Origin: Candidatus Latescibacterota bacterium
GTDB taxonomy: Bacteria > Latescibacterota > UBA2968 > UBA8231
Reading direction: 5' to 3'
Length of the DNA stretch: 64,000 nucleotides
Assembly (NCBI GenBank): GCA_965248355.1
Contig: OZ252098.1
Location: 4,928,001-4,992,000, forward strand
The notes below the pieces were generated by a model that had not been told where the DNA came from, searched no databases, and saw only the letters and a list, made by a program, of their open reading frames with translations. The position numbers and the translations under genes are program-made. Shown here piece by piece: positions 38,218 to 47,419 of this stretch (position 1 is the first letter of the stretch; each line of letters opens with the position of its first letter).

Positions 38218-38718
38218 CTTCTACTGCCTCCATCTCATGTCGGAACTGCTTGGCGATCTCGACAGGGGAAGTGTCACTCAGCACAAAGAACGTAACCAGC
38301 ACCAGCAAAGCGGCAAAAAGCAGGGCGCTTGCGAATCCTCCTGCCAGATTCACACCAAACTGAGGCCAGAAGCGCTTTAGCTCTTTGATCTCTCTTTGAT
38401 CTCATCGACGACTATGCCTTGCTCGATCTCCCGTCGCTGTTCCTCGATGAGCAGCTCGTTTACCTCCTCGGAGTACGCCTGCAGGGTGGCCTCGGCCGTT
38501 CCCTTGGCGCGAAGCAAAACGCTCGGGGGCTGCTGTTCATACCAATCTCTAACCTTGTCCGGGCCGGGTAGCTCTCCATGGGTCTGCTCGAAATGGCGCA
38601 TCCACTCGATTCTCTGTTCCTCGATGATGGCGAAGGCAGTCAAGCCATACAGCCAGCTTTCCTCTGACTCTTCGACCAGTTCCCTGTAGATCTCTTCCGA
38701 GCCGGAATATGGGGGCAA
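38201..38718 (-). pseudogene. Single-pass membrane protein disrupted by an 11-bp tandem duplication
   Basis: TTG at 38718 after GGAGAGGAGG; premature stop at 38377. Removing one TCTTTGATCTC copy restores ...EIKELKRFWPQFGVNLAGGFASALLFAALLVLVTFFVL...GQEN-stop at 38201. Confidence 0.75.
38382..38403. repeat. Perfect 11-bp tandem duplication (TCTTTGATCTC x2)
   Basis: Read directly at 38382-38392 and 38393-38403. Confidence 0.9.
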
Positions 38719-38850
38719 TGGATAGTCCTCCTCTCCCTGAATGGTCGCTTGCGCGACCTGCAAATGGGAAGGGAACCAACTCCTGGAACCGGGTCAAGAC
38801 AGAATGTGTGAGGGGTGGAGACCAGAAGGGCTCTTTGAATCCCCTCCCCC

Positions 38851-41397
38851 TCACGGCACCTCCAGCTCGTCGGGGCCGCGGACGATCTCCGCCCCTGGAT
38901 GCTTCTCGGCCAGGCGGGCCCCGAGCTCCTCCTGGGCCGCGGGCTCCCCGTGCACCAGGGCGATGTGCCGGGGCCGCAGCCGCCCCGCGTAGCTCACGAG
39001 TCCGGGCTGATCGGCGTGCGAGGAGAGGCCCACCTCCCGGGCCGGCAGGGCCGCCCGGATCTCGACGGTCTCGCCCGCCCCGTCGGAGAGCCGCACCTTG
39101 CGGGCGAGCCCGGAGGAGGACAGCTCGCGCAGGGCCCGGCTCGGGGCGCCCTCGTCCTGGTAGCCCGTCAGGACGATGCGGTGCCGGGGGTCGGGGAGCA
39201 GCCGCCGGGCGTACTCGATGACCGGCCCGCCTGTGAGCATCCCCGAGGTGGTCACGATGACGGAGGGAACCGTCCGCGCCGTCTCCGCGACCTCCTGCCG
39301 GTCGAAGGGGCCGGAGACCTCGCGGAAGGTCTCGGCGAGGCGGAAATCCGCGTGCTCTTCATAGATCGGGTTGATCTCCCGGATCATGCCGTCGAAGTGG
39401 ACGGGCAGGGAAGCCGGGAGCTCACCCTGGCTCTGGGCCGTGGAGATGAGCTTCAGCAGCTCCTGGGCGCGGCCGAGGGCGAAGGAGGCCAGGATCACCG
39501 AGCCGTTGCGCGTCCGGGTCGTCTCCTGGAGGAAGGCGACCAGTTCGCCGCGGACCTCCTCCATGGGCCGGTGCCGCCGGTTCCCGTAGGTGGACTCCAT
39601 GACCAGCAGGTCGACCTCGCCGAGGTCCTCGGGCCAGGAGGCGGCGGGCGTCGTGAGCTGGGGGAAGGAGGAGAAGTCGCCGGAGAAGAAGACCCTGCGT
39701 CCCCGGCCGTCCTCGATGAGGATGCTCGCGGCGCCGAGGATGTGGCCCGCGGGGAAGAACCGGATGGAGATGTCGTCGAAGGGCAGCCTTACCTCCTCGT
39801 CGAACCCGGAGGCGCATGCCAGGTGGGGGATCAGGTCCACGTCCTCCTGATCGTAGGCGTCCCGGGGCCCCTCGGCCTCGGCTCCGTACTGCGCGTTGTC
39901 GCGGCGCTGCCGCATCTTGTGGAGGTAGTGCTGCCGGCAATCCTGCAGCTGCACGGGAAGCAGCGCCGCCGTGCCGCTGGAGCAGTAGATGCCGAGGCCG
40001 TCGCCGAACCTGCGGACCAGCGCCGGGACCCAGCCGATGTGATCGGTGTGCGCGTGGGTCAGCAGGAGGGCGTCGATGCGGTCGAGGTCCCCGAAGCCGG
40101 GATGCAGGTCGCGCGAGGTGCTCGGCTTGATGCCGCAGTCGACGAGGATGCGGCGGCCCCCGAGCTCCAGGAGGTAGCAGCTCCGGCCGATCTCCGACGA
40201 GCCGCCGAGGGCGACGAGCCGCAGGGGCGGCTTCGGCCGCCGGAGCGCCACCGGACGCCGCCTGCGGTACCGGGGATAGGCCTCGAGGAAGGCCTCCTCG
40301 AGACGGAGGTGGGTGGTCCACTCCCCTTCCGCCCGCTGGCGCTCCGCCCCGGCGCGGTCCCCCCGGATGCGTTCCTTCTCCCGGCGCAGGAACCGCCACA
40401 CGGCATCGGCGCCCCTCGGACGGCTTGCGGCCTCTTGCTCCAGGCGCTTGACCCGGGTGTTCTCGTTGGCCAGACGGGAGGCGAGCCGGCTCCGCTCCTG
40501 GTCCTTCCGGTGGACCTCCTCCTGAAGCCGCCGCCGGTCCTGGAGCAGGTCGGTGTTCACTCTCTCGGTCTGAGCCGCCTTGAGCTCGTGATCCTCCATG
40601 TCGGAGTGGATCTCGCAAAGGCGGTTCTGGAGGCGATCGACGTCGGCCGCGGCGGCCTCGGCCTGCTCGCGGGACGTCCGCTGCTCCCCCCGGGTCTTCT
40701 CCAGCGCCAGCTCTGTCCGGCGCAAGGAGGCCCTGAGCCTGCCGGCCTCTTCCCCGGCTTCCTTCAGCTGTCTCTGCAGCTTGCGGCACTCGGCACTCAG
40801 CTCCTTCAGCGATTTCCGTTGCGCGCCGGTGCCCGGGGCCGCGGACGGGTCCGGGTCGGGGGAAGCGCCGTTGGCGGCGAGAGGCACGAGACAACGGAAC
40901 AACTCCTCCGCGTGGGGGGCCTGGAACCGCGACGCCCAGAGGACGGCCGTCAGGTTGTAGACCCCTTCCCGGTCCTTGAGAAGCTCGCTCAGCCGCTGGC
41001 CCCGCAGCAGGCTTCCATCCGAGAGCAGCCCGGACAACTCCTCGTACTCGCCGAGGATCGCCTCGCGGACGGTGACGACCAGATCGTGGTCCGGATGGGA
41101 CCAGAGGACCTCGTGCACCTCGCCGCTGACGCTCTGGAGGACCTGCCGCCGCATCCGACGGTAGCGCCTCAGGGGGGGCGGCAGGTGATGGCAATGCACG
41201 TTGGAGCACACCTTCCCGTGGTAGTCGAACAGCTCGATCGCGGCCTTGACCGGCAGGGCGAGGACGCTCTCGGGGACGGTGGCGGGACCCAGGGGGCCGT
41301 CGGGGACATCCCCTCCGTGAAGGGCCCGGAGGAGGGCCAGGGCGGGGGCCAGGTCCGGCGCCTGGCTGGACCCGGGGTTCGTGGAGTCGTCTGACAT
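38851..41397 (-). CDS. MBL-fold beta-CASP ribonuclease (CPSF73/Ysh1-like) with a long N-terminal coiled-coil extension
   Basis: EIGRSC, LVDCG, HAHTDHIG, AGHILG, FSGD, ESTYG, GRAQE, SGML.GG, GYQ, SSHAD and VHGE motifs. Confidence 0.88.
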   Translation of the reverse strand: MSDDSTNPGSSQAPDLAPALALLRALHGGDVPDGPLGPATVPESVLALPVKAAIELFDYHGKVCSNVHCHHLPPPLRRYRRMRRQVLQSVSGEVHEVLWSHPDHDLVVTVREAILGEYEELSGLLSDGSLLRGQRLSELLKDREGVYNLTAVLWASRFQAPHAEELFRCLVPLAANGASPDPDPSAAPGTGAQRKSLKELSAECRKLQRQLKEAGEEAGRLRASLRRTELALEKTRGEQRTSREQAEAAAADVDRLQNRLCEIHSDMEDHELKAAQTERVNTDLLQDRRRLQEEVHRKDQERSRLASRLANENTRVKRLEQEAASRPRGADAVWRFLRREKERIRGDRAGAERQRAEGEWTTHLRLEEAFLEAYPRYRRRRPVALRRPKPPLRLVALGGSSEIGRSCYLLELGGRRILVDCGIKPSTSRDLHPGFGDLDRIDALLLTHAHTDHIGWVPALVRRFGDGLGIYCSSGTAALLPVQLQDCRQHYLHKMRQRRDNAQYGAEAEGPRDAYDQEDVDLIPHLACASGFDEEVRLPFDDISIRFFPAGHILGAASILIEDGRGRRVFFSGDFSSFPQLTTPAASWPEDLGEVDLLVMESTYGNRRHRPMEEVRGELVAFLQETTRTRNGSVILASFALGRAQELLKLISTAQSQGELPASLPVHFDGMIREINPIYEEHADFRLAETFREVSGPFDRQEVAETARTVPSVIVTTSGMLTGGPVIEYARRLLPDPRHRIVLTGYQDEGAPSRALRELSSSGLARKVRLSDGAGETVEIRAALPAREVGLSSHADQPGLVSYAGRLRPRHIALVHGEPAAQEELGARLAEKHPGAEIVRGPDELEVP

Positions 41398-41420
41398 GAA
41401 GGCGCTGTAGGTTGGCGTAA

Positions 41421-41465
41421 ACTGTTGAGAAACAGTATCTTAGTATATACATCGGGCGAGCGCAA
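41421..41465 (-). promoter_or_regulatory. Sigma70-like promoter with an operator-like palindrome, upstream of the beta-CASP gene
   Basis: TTGCGC-17 nt-TAAGAT on the minus strand, immediately followed by the inverted repeat ACTGTT-N4-AACAGT (41421-41436). Confidence 0.55.
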
Positions 41466-41572
41466 GCTCGCCGCCGCTCCGCAGCCTGGGGCGGCGGCCC
41501 GACCTTCGACCCTCGATGGGAGACCGGATCAGCCTTCCGCCCCATGAACCGTGCCTTTCCCAGGAAGCCGCT

Positions 41573-42682
41573 TTGAGCGGGGGCCTGCCCCTGACGAAGG
41601 TGGTCCGCGGCCTGCCGCCGCTGGTTCCCTTCATCGGCCCGGAGGCGCTCGAGCGCCGGCACGGCCGGCCCCTCCGGGTCCGGGTGGGCGCCAACGAGAG
41701 CCCCTTCGGCGTATCCCCCGCGGCCCGCGAGGCCATGCAACAGGCCCTGGAAGAGGTCTGGATGTACAACGATCCGGAGGCCCACGACCTGATCGAGGCC
41801 CTGGCCGGGCACCACGGCGTGGCGGCGGGCCGGATCCACGTGGGCGCCGGGATCGACGAGATCCTCGGCCTGCTGGTGCGCATCTTCGCCGAGCCCGGCG
41901 ACCCGGTGGTCACCTCCCTGGGCTCGTACCCGACCTTCAACTATCACGTGCACGGGTACGGCGCCCGCCTCGTCGAGGTGCCGTACGTGCGGGACCGGGT
42001 CGATTTCGAGGGGCTCGGGGCCGCCGTCCGGAAGTCGGGCGCGCACCTCGCGTACGCCGCCAATCCGGACAATCCCATGGGCACCTGGGGGACGGCGGAT
42101 CAGGCCCTGGGGCTGCTGTCGGCGCTGCCGGCCGATGCGATGCTGGTCCTGGACGAGGCCTACAGCGAGTTCGCGCCGCCGGAGGCCGTGCCGGCCATGG
42201 ACGTCTCCGATCGCCGGCTGGTGCGCACGCGCACCTTCTCCAAGGCCCACGGGATGGCCGGCGCCCGCATCGGCTACGCCATCGCCCACGAAGAGGTCGT
42301 GGCGGTGCTGGACCGGGTGCGCAACCAGTTCGGCGTCAACCGCGTGGCCCAGGCGGGCGCCCTGGCGTCCCTCGGCGAGCCCGGGCACGTCAGCGGCGTG
42401 GTCCGGCAGGTGAAGGCCGGCCGCCAGGAGCTGGTGCGGCTGGGGCAGGAGCTTGGGCTCGGCCACGTGGAGTCGGCGACGAACTTCGTCAACCTCGACC
42501 TGGGCCGCGGCGAACGGGCGCGGGCGGTGCAGGCGGCGCTGCTCGACCACGGCGTCTTCGTGCGCATGCCCTACAGGCCGCCGGGCGACCGCTGCGTGCG
42601 CGTCACCGTGGGCACCCCGGAGCAGCGCGCCGCCTTCGCCCGCGGGCTCCGGGCGGCCCTGATCGAGGTGGACGGGCGATGA
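41573..42682 (+). CDS. Histidinol-phosphate aminotransferase-like (class I/II PLP enzyme)
   Basis: GANESPFG, ANPDNPMG, LDEAY and RTFSKAHGMAGARIGY motifs. Start uncertain (41516 or 41573). Confidence 0.85.
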   Translation: MSGGLPLTKVVRGLPPLVPFIGPEALERRHGRPLRVRVGANESPFGVSPAAREAMQQALEEVWMYNDPEAHDLIEALAGHHGVAAGRIHVGAGIDEILGLLVRIFAEPGDPVVTSLGSYPTFNYHVHGYGARLVEVPYVRDRVDFEGLGAAVRKSGAHLAYAANPDNPMGTWGTADQALGLLSALPADAMLVLDEAYSEFAPPEAVPAMDVSDRRLVRTRTFSKAHGMAGARIGYAIAHEEVVAVLDRVRNQFGVNRVAQAGALASLGEPGHVSGVVRQVKAGRQELVRLGQELGLGHVESATNFVNLDLGRGERARAVQAALLDHGVFVRMPYRPPGDRCVRVTVGTPEQRAAFARGLRAALIEVDGR

Positions 42683-43581
42683 GGATCCTGGTCTCGGGCC
42701 CCGGCGGACTGGTGGGCTCGGCGCTGATCGAGTCCCTGGACCTCAAGGGAAACGAGGTCCTTGGGCTGAGCCGCTCGGCGCCGGCGACGGGGGGGCAGGC
42801 GGTGCGCTGGGACCCCGCGGCCGGGGAGATCGACGGGGCGGCGCTGGAGGGACTCGACGCGGTGGTGCACCTGGCGGGGGAGAACGTGGCTCACGGGCGC
42901 TGGACGGCGGCGCGCAAGGAGCGCATCCGCGCCAGCCGGGTGGAGGGCACCCGGCTCCTGTGCGAAGCACTGGCCGCCTGCGCGCGCAAGCCCGAGGCGC
43001 TGGTGTGCGCCTCGGCCATCGGCTACTACGGCAGCCGCGGCGCCGAGATCTGCGTCGAGGAGACCGCTCCGGCGGACGACTTCCTCGCCCGGGTCGCCAT
43101 GGACTGGGAGCGGTCCACGGCGGCGGCGGCGGCGGCGGGGATCCGGGTCGTCAATCTGCGCATCGGCGTGGTCCTGAGTCCGCGAGGCGGCATGCTGGCG
43201 AGGGTGACGACGCCCTTCCGGCTGGGCCTGGGAGGCCGCCTGGGCACGGGCCGGCAGTATCTGAGCTGGATCACGTTGGAGGACCTGGTGGGGGTGATCG
43301 AGGAGGCCCTGGGCAACCGGCGGCTCTCGGGGCCGGTGAACGCCGTCGCGCCCGGACCGGTGACCAACCGCGAGTTCACCCGGGCCTTGAGCCGCGTGCT
43401 GCGGCGGCCGGCGCTCCTGCCTCTGCCCTCGTGGCTGGTGAAGCGGGTCTGGGCGGAGATGGGCGAGACCCTGATGTTGTCGAGCACCCGGGTGGAGCCG
43501 GCACGGCTGGCCGCGGCCGGGTTCGCCTTCAGGCATCCCGAGATCGACACGGCCCTGCGGGACCTGCTGCGGGGGGGCTGA
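42679..43581 (+). CDS. TIGR01777-type NAD-dependent epimerase family oxidoreductase
   Basis: C-terminal part of ORF 41551..43581. MRILVSG..GLVG, VHLAGENV...RWT, ASAIGYYG and G.QY.SWI motifs; ATGA overlap with the upstream gene. Confidence 0.88.
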   Translation: MRILVSGPGGLVGSALIESLDLKGNEVLGLSRSAPATGGQAVRWDPAAGEIDGAALEGLDAVVHLAGENVAHGRWTAARKERIRASRVEGTRLLCEALAACARKPEALVCASAIGYYGSRGAEICVEETAPADDFLARVAMDWERSTAAAAAAGIRVVNLRIGVVLSPRGGMLARVTTPFRLGLGGRLGTGRQYLSWITLEDLVGVIEEALGNRRLSGPVNAVAPGPVTNREFTRALSRVLRRPALLPLPSWLVKRVWAEMGETLMLSSTRVEPARLAAAGFAFRHPEIDTALRDLLRGG

Positions 43582-43589
43582 CCGGACTA

Positions 43590-44495
43590 GTGCGCGTCAG
43601 CTACAGCGACGGCTACTTCGTGCCCCTGCCCGAAGGACATCCCTTTCCCATGGCCAAGTTCCCGGCCCTTCACCGGATCCTGCTGCGCGAAGGACTGATC
43701 CGCAACGGCCACCGGGCCGAGCCCTCCCCGGCCGGCCGGGAGGTGCTGGGCCTGGTGCACACCGACCGCTACCTGGACGAGCTGGAGACGGGTCTGGAAC
43801 GCGCCGCCGAGCGCCGCCTCGGACTGCCCTGGAGCGAGGCCCTGGCGCGGCGTTCGCGCCTGGCCGTGGGCGGCACCGCCCTGGCGGCGCGCATGGCCAT
43901 GGAGGACGGGATCGCCGCCAACCTGGCCGGGGGCACGCACCACGCCTACCCCGATCACGGCGAGGGCTTCTGCGTGCTCAACGACGTGGCCGTGGCGATC
44001 CGGCTGCTGCGCGGCGAGGGGCTCCTCGACCGGGCCCTTGTGATCGACCTGGACGTGCACCAGGGCAACGGCACGGCGGCGGTCTTCGCCGGCGACCCCC
44101 GGACCTTCACCCTCTCCTTCCACGGGCAGCGGAACTACCCCTTCCGGAAGGAGGCCTCCTCCCTCGACGTCGGTCTCCCCGACGGCACCGGAGACGACGA
44201 CTACCTGGACCACCTGACGGCGGCCCTGCCGGAGGTCCTGGTCGCGAGCCGGCCCGATCTGATCGTGTACCTGGCCGGGGTCGACCCCCTCGCCGGCGAC
44301 CGCTACGGCCGGCTGGCGCTGACCCGCGAAGGGCTGCACCGCAGGGACCGCGCCGTGCTGGCCGCGGCCCGGGGGTCCGGCGCGGCGCTGCTTCTTGTGA
44401 TGTCCGGCGGATACGCCTCCTCGCCCGAAGAGACGGCGGACCTGCACGCCGTCGCCCACCGCGAGGCCCGCCAGGTCTACGGGGGGCCGGCTTGA
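43590..44495 (+). CDS. Histone deacetylase family protein
   Basis: HPFPMAKF, GGTHHA, GFC..ND, DLDVHQGNG, GVD.L.GD and GGY motifs. Confidence 0.9.
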   Translation: MRVSYSDGYFVPLPEGHPFPMAKFPALHRILLREGLIRNGHRAEPSPAGREVLGLVHTDRYLDELETGLERAAERRLGLPWSEALARRSRLAVGGTALAARMAMEDGIAANLAGGTHHAYPDHGEGFCVLNDVAVAIRLLRGEGLLDRALVIDLDVHQGNGTAAVFAGDPRTFTLSFHGQRNYPFRKEASSLDVGLPDGTGDDDYLDHLTAALPEVLVASRPDLIVYLAGVDPLAGDRYGRLALTREGLHRRDRAVLAAARGSGAALLLVMSGGYASSPEETADLHAVAHREARQVYGGPA

Positions 44496-44950
44496 TCCTG
44501 CTCCTGCTGCACGTGGCGGCGACCCTCTACATGACCGCCCTCGCCTGGTTCGTGCAGGTCGTCCACTATCCGCTGATGCACCGCGTGGGGGAGACGAGGT
44601 TCCGGCAGTACCAGGCGGGGCACGCGCGGCGCTCGAGCCTGGTGTCGGCGCCGGTGATGCTCTTCGAGCTGGTCACCGGCGTCTGGCTGGCCCTGGAGCC
44701 GCCGGACGTCGTCGGCGACCCGCCCATGCTGTTGAACGCGGCCCTCCTCGCGGTCCTGTGGATCTCGACGTTCCTGCTCCAGAGGCCCCTGCACCAGGAG
44801 CTGGCCGAGGGCTACGACCAGGCGAAGGTGGACCGGCTGGTGGCCACCAGCTGGATCCGCACCCTTGCCTGGACCCTGCGGGCCCTGCTGCTGGTGGTGC
44901 TGCTGGTGCTGTTCGCCGAAGGCAGGCAGAGCCTGGGCCTGGGCGGTTGA
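44492..44950 (+). CDS. Hypothetical membrane protein (about 4 TM)
   Basis: W.VQVVHYPL and WIRT..W pattern; TTG start overlaps the upstream stop. Confidence 0.7.
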   Translation: MILLLLHVAATLYMTALAWFVQVVHYPLMHRVGETRFRQYQAGHARRSSLVSAPVMLFELVTGVWLALEPPDVVGDPPMLLNAALLAVLWISTFLLQRPLHQELAEGYDQAKVDRLVATSWIRTLAWTLRALLLVVLLVLFAEGRQSLGLGG

Positions 44951-44954
44951 GCCC

Positions 44955-45338
44955 TCATCCGGCCGGGATCTTCCAGGGAAGCCACACGGAGACGGCCACC
45001 AGGAAGGCGGTCAGGGCCAGGGCGTAGAGCCCGGAGTAGAGGGGCAGCCTCCAGGCGCGCCGCACGATAGCCAGCCGCCGCTCGTCGTCCTCGATGGGCT
45101 CCGTGCCGGACTCGGTGGAGCAGACGCCGCGGGCGGCGTTGAGGACGCAGACGCGGGTCCGGGACTCGGCCAGGGAGAAGGTGCCGACCCAGAGCGGCAC
45201 GAAGACCACGAGGCGCAGCGCCAGGGGCGCGCCGGTCACGGTGAGCAGGGCCATCAGGCCGAGGGCGAACACCAGGAAGAGGACGCCGAGGAAGAGGCGG
45301 AAGCGCGCTCCGTCGACGCCGATGTTCCCCGCGGTCAT
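44955..45338 (-). CDS. Hypothetical membrane protein
   Basis: C-terminal part of ORF 44955..46436: MTAGNIG...; three hydrophobic segments; ATGA overlap with the hydrolase stop. Confidence 0.65.
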   Translation of the reverse strand: MTAGNIGVDGARFRLFLGVLFLVFALGLMALLTVTGAPLALRLVVFVPLWVGTFSLAESRTRVCVLNAARGVCSTESGTEPIEDDERRLAIVRRAWRLPLYSGLYALALTAFLVAVSVWLPWKIPAG

Positions 45339-46366
45339 CGCCGCGCCGCACCCGCGGGGGAGGCGGGGCTCTTCTCCCCCTCGACACGGCGCCGGATCCA
45401 GTCCCGGATGAGGGCCGCGGTCTCGGTGGGGTATTCGAGGTGCGGCGCGTGGCCGCAGGCCTCGAAGATGTGCAGCGTGGCGCCGGGGATCTCGGCCTCG
45501 AAGAGCAGCCCGAACAAGGGCGGCACGATGCGGTCCTCGGCACCCCACAGCACGAGGGTGGGCACGTCGATCTCCCGGTAGCGGTCGGTGAAGCGGGCGA
45601 TGTCGCCCGGGACCAGATTGCGCGCCGAGGCCTGGTAGGCCCTCACCGTGTTCGCCTCGCGCAGGAGGTGGACGGCCTTGTCCACCAGCTCTTCGGGGAT
45701 CTTGCCGGGATCGTGGAAGACGCGCCGGAAGGTGGAGCGCACGATGGCGCGCGCCAGGCCGGTGCCGAGCCCGAAGGCCAGGACCAGCCGGTTCAGCAGC
45801 AGCCGGCCGGGCCAGTCGGCCAGCAGGCGGATGTGCAGGGGAAGGGCCTGGGGGTAACCGGTGGCATCCTCCAGCACCAGTCCCCGGACCCGGGGTCCGC
45901 CGGGCCAGGGCGTGCACAGGCTGCGCAGGAAGACCCCGCCTCCGAAGGAGTTGCCCACCAGGACCACCTCGTCGAGACCGAGCCGCTCGACGAAGGCGCG
46001 GACGAAGCCGACCTGGGCCTCGGCCCCGTATCGCCGGGAGGCGGGCAGGGAGCTGAACTCTGGTTTGCTGCTGCGGCCGAAGCCGACCAGATCGGGGGCG
46101 ATCACGTGGTACCCGGCCTCGACCAGGTGGGGCGTCAGGGAGGACCAGGTGCCCTTGTGGTCGAACAGACCGTGGAGCAGCAGCACGTGGAGGGATGCGC
46201 CGGGATCTCCGTGCTCGGCGTAGGCCATGCGGATGTCGCGGCCTCCGTCTTCGCCGATGACCACGGAGGGCGAGCCGCCCGGCGCCGGCGCGCTGTGTCG
46301 ACCCTGATCCTTCAGGATGGGCGCGGGCAAGCCGGGGGCGGCAGGGGGGTCGGGATGGGAGTCCAT
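45335..46366 (-). CDS. Alpha/beta fold hydrolase
   Basis: LLHG, PDLVGFGRS, GNSFGG nucleophile elbow, WGAED and CGHAPH motifs. Confidence 0.9.
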   Translation of the reverse strand: MDSHPDPPAAPGLPAPILKDQGRHSAPAPGGSPSVVIGEDGGRDIRMAYAEHGDPGASLHVLLLHGLFDHKGTWSSLTPHLVEAGYHVIAPDLVGFGRSSKPEFSSLPASRRYGAEAQVGFVRAFVERLGLDEVVLVGNSFGGGVFLRSLCTPWPGGPRVRGLVLEDATGYPQALPLHIRLLADWPGRLLLNRLVLAFGLGTGLARAIVRSTFRRVFHDPGKIPEELVDKAVHLLREANTVRAYQASARNLVPGDIARFTDRYREIDVPTLVLWGAEDRIVPPLFGLLFEAEIPGATLHIFEACGHAPHLEYPTETAALIRDWIRRRVEGEKSPASPAGAARR

Positions 46367-46400
46367 GGGCAGCCGGACCTCTTTCCGGGGTCCGGGCGGC

Positions 46401-46429
46401 AGTATAGCGGGGCCTGTCAGGGGCGGCAA
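46401..46429 (-). promoter_or_regulatory. Sigma70 promoter for the alpha/beta hydrolase
   Basis: TTGCCG-17 nt-TATACT on the minus strand, overlapping the end of senB. Confidence 0.55.
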
Positions 46430-47403
46430 GGCGCACTCCCGCCTTGTTTCGCCGCGCTCAGCTCCGCCAGCAGGTCGCGCCAGGCCCGCCGTTCGCGCGC
46501 CGGCTCGACCAGGACGGCCCGCTCGCGGCAGGCCCGCCCCAGCCGGTCGTAGAAGGCGGTGTCCGTCTCCGCCCGGGACAGCAGGTCGGCCAGGGCCTGG
46601 GTGTCGCCCACGGGGAAATACCCCGGATACCCGGGTCCGAGGAGACCGATGGAACCGGAGATCTCCGAGGAGACCACGGGCACCCCGAAGGCCAGGGCTT
46701 CGCAGACGACGTTGGCCCCGCCCTCCATCCGCGAGGTGAGGACCAGGAGGTGGCTGCGCCACAGCAGGCGCAGGGCCCGCCAGCGGGGCAGCTCGCCGAT
46801 CCAGCGGTAGCGCGGGTTGCGGACCTCCTCCCGCCGGGCGCGGACGGCCAGGTCCCGCTCCAGGGCACCGCCGGCCTGGACGACGCGAAGCCTCGAGGCC
46901 GCCGGCAGCCTCCGCGCCGCGGCCGCGGTTCTCAGCGGATCCTTCACCCCCCGCAGGTGACCCAGGACGCAGACCTGGAAGGCGCCGCTCACGGGCCGGG
47001 AGGGACGCCTCGGGGGGCGCAGGGACTGGACGATGACCCGCGCCCGGGGGCGCAGCCGCTCCGGCAGCTCCTCCACCCCGGCCTCCTGGAGGACGATCAG
47101 CCGGTCGGCCAGCTCCAGGCTGGCCCGGGCCCCGGCGTCGGTGCGGATGTCGCCGTAGAGGTCCGTGCCGGTCAGGGCCAGGACCAGGGGCCGGTCCGGG
47201 CGCCGCCCCTGGAAGCGCACCATGGAGTCCCGGCTGCGGCGCGCGTGGAGGGCCACCATCAGGTCGCAGCGCTGGTCCTCGAAGGCGACGGCGAGTCGCG
47301 CCTCGTGCCCGAGCTCGCGCAGGACCCGGGCCCAGCGCAGGGCCGTCACCCGGTTGCCCGAGCGGGACCTGGGAGGCGCCGGGGTGACGATGAGGACCCT
47401 CAT
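46417..47403 (-). CDS. senB: Selenosugar synthase SenB (selenoneine biosynthesis glycosyltransferase)
   Basis: IVTPAP....GNRVTA.RW, ALHARRS, LTGTDLY, GHLR.VKDP and S.MEGGANV.CEA motifs; adjacent to egtB-like and selD genes. Confidence 0.9.
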   Translation of the reverse strand: MRVLIVTPAPPRSRSGNRVTALRWARVLRELGHEARLAVAFEDQRCDLMVALHARRSRDSMVRFQGRRPDRPLVLALTGTDLYGDIRTDAGARASLELADRLIVLQEAGVEELPERLRPRARVIVQSLRPPRRPSRPVSGAFQVCVLGHLRGVKDPLRTAAAARRLPAASRLRVVQAGGALERDLAVRARREEVRNPRYRWIGELPRWRALRLLWRSHLLVLTSRMEGGANVVCEALAFGVPVVSSEISGSIGLLGPGYPGYFPVGDTQALADLLSRAETDTAFYDRLGRACRERAVLVEPARERRAWRDLLAELSAAKQGGSAPCRP

Positions 47404-47419
47404 GGCACCCGGGGATTCC

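Noticed and set aside
43120..43137. (GCG)6 microsatellite
   Set aside because: In-frame poly-Ala within a GC-rich gene; no sign of phase variation.
44955..46366. Alpha/beta hydrolase and membrane protein as part of the sen operon
   Set aside because: They have their own promoter-like TTGCCG-17-TATACT, and the known pathway needs no hydrolase. Not fully excluded.
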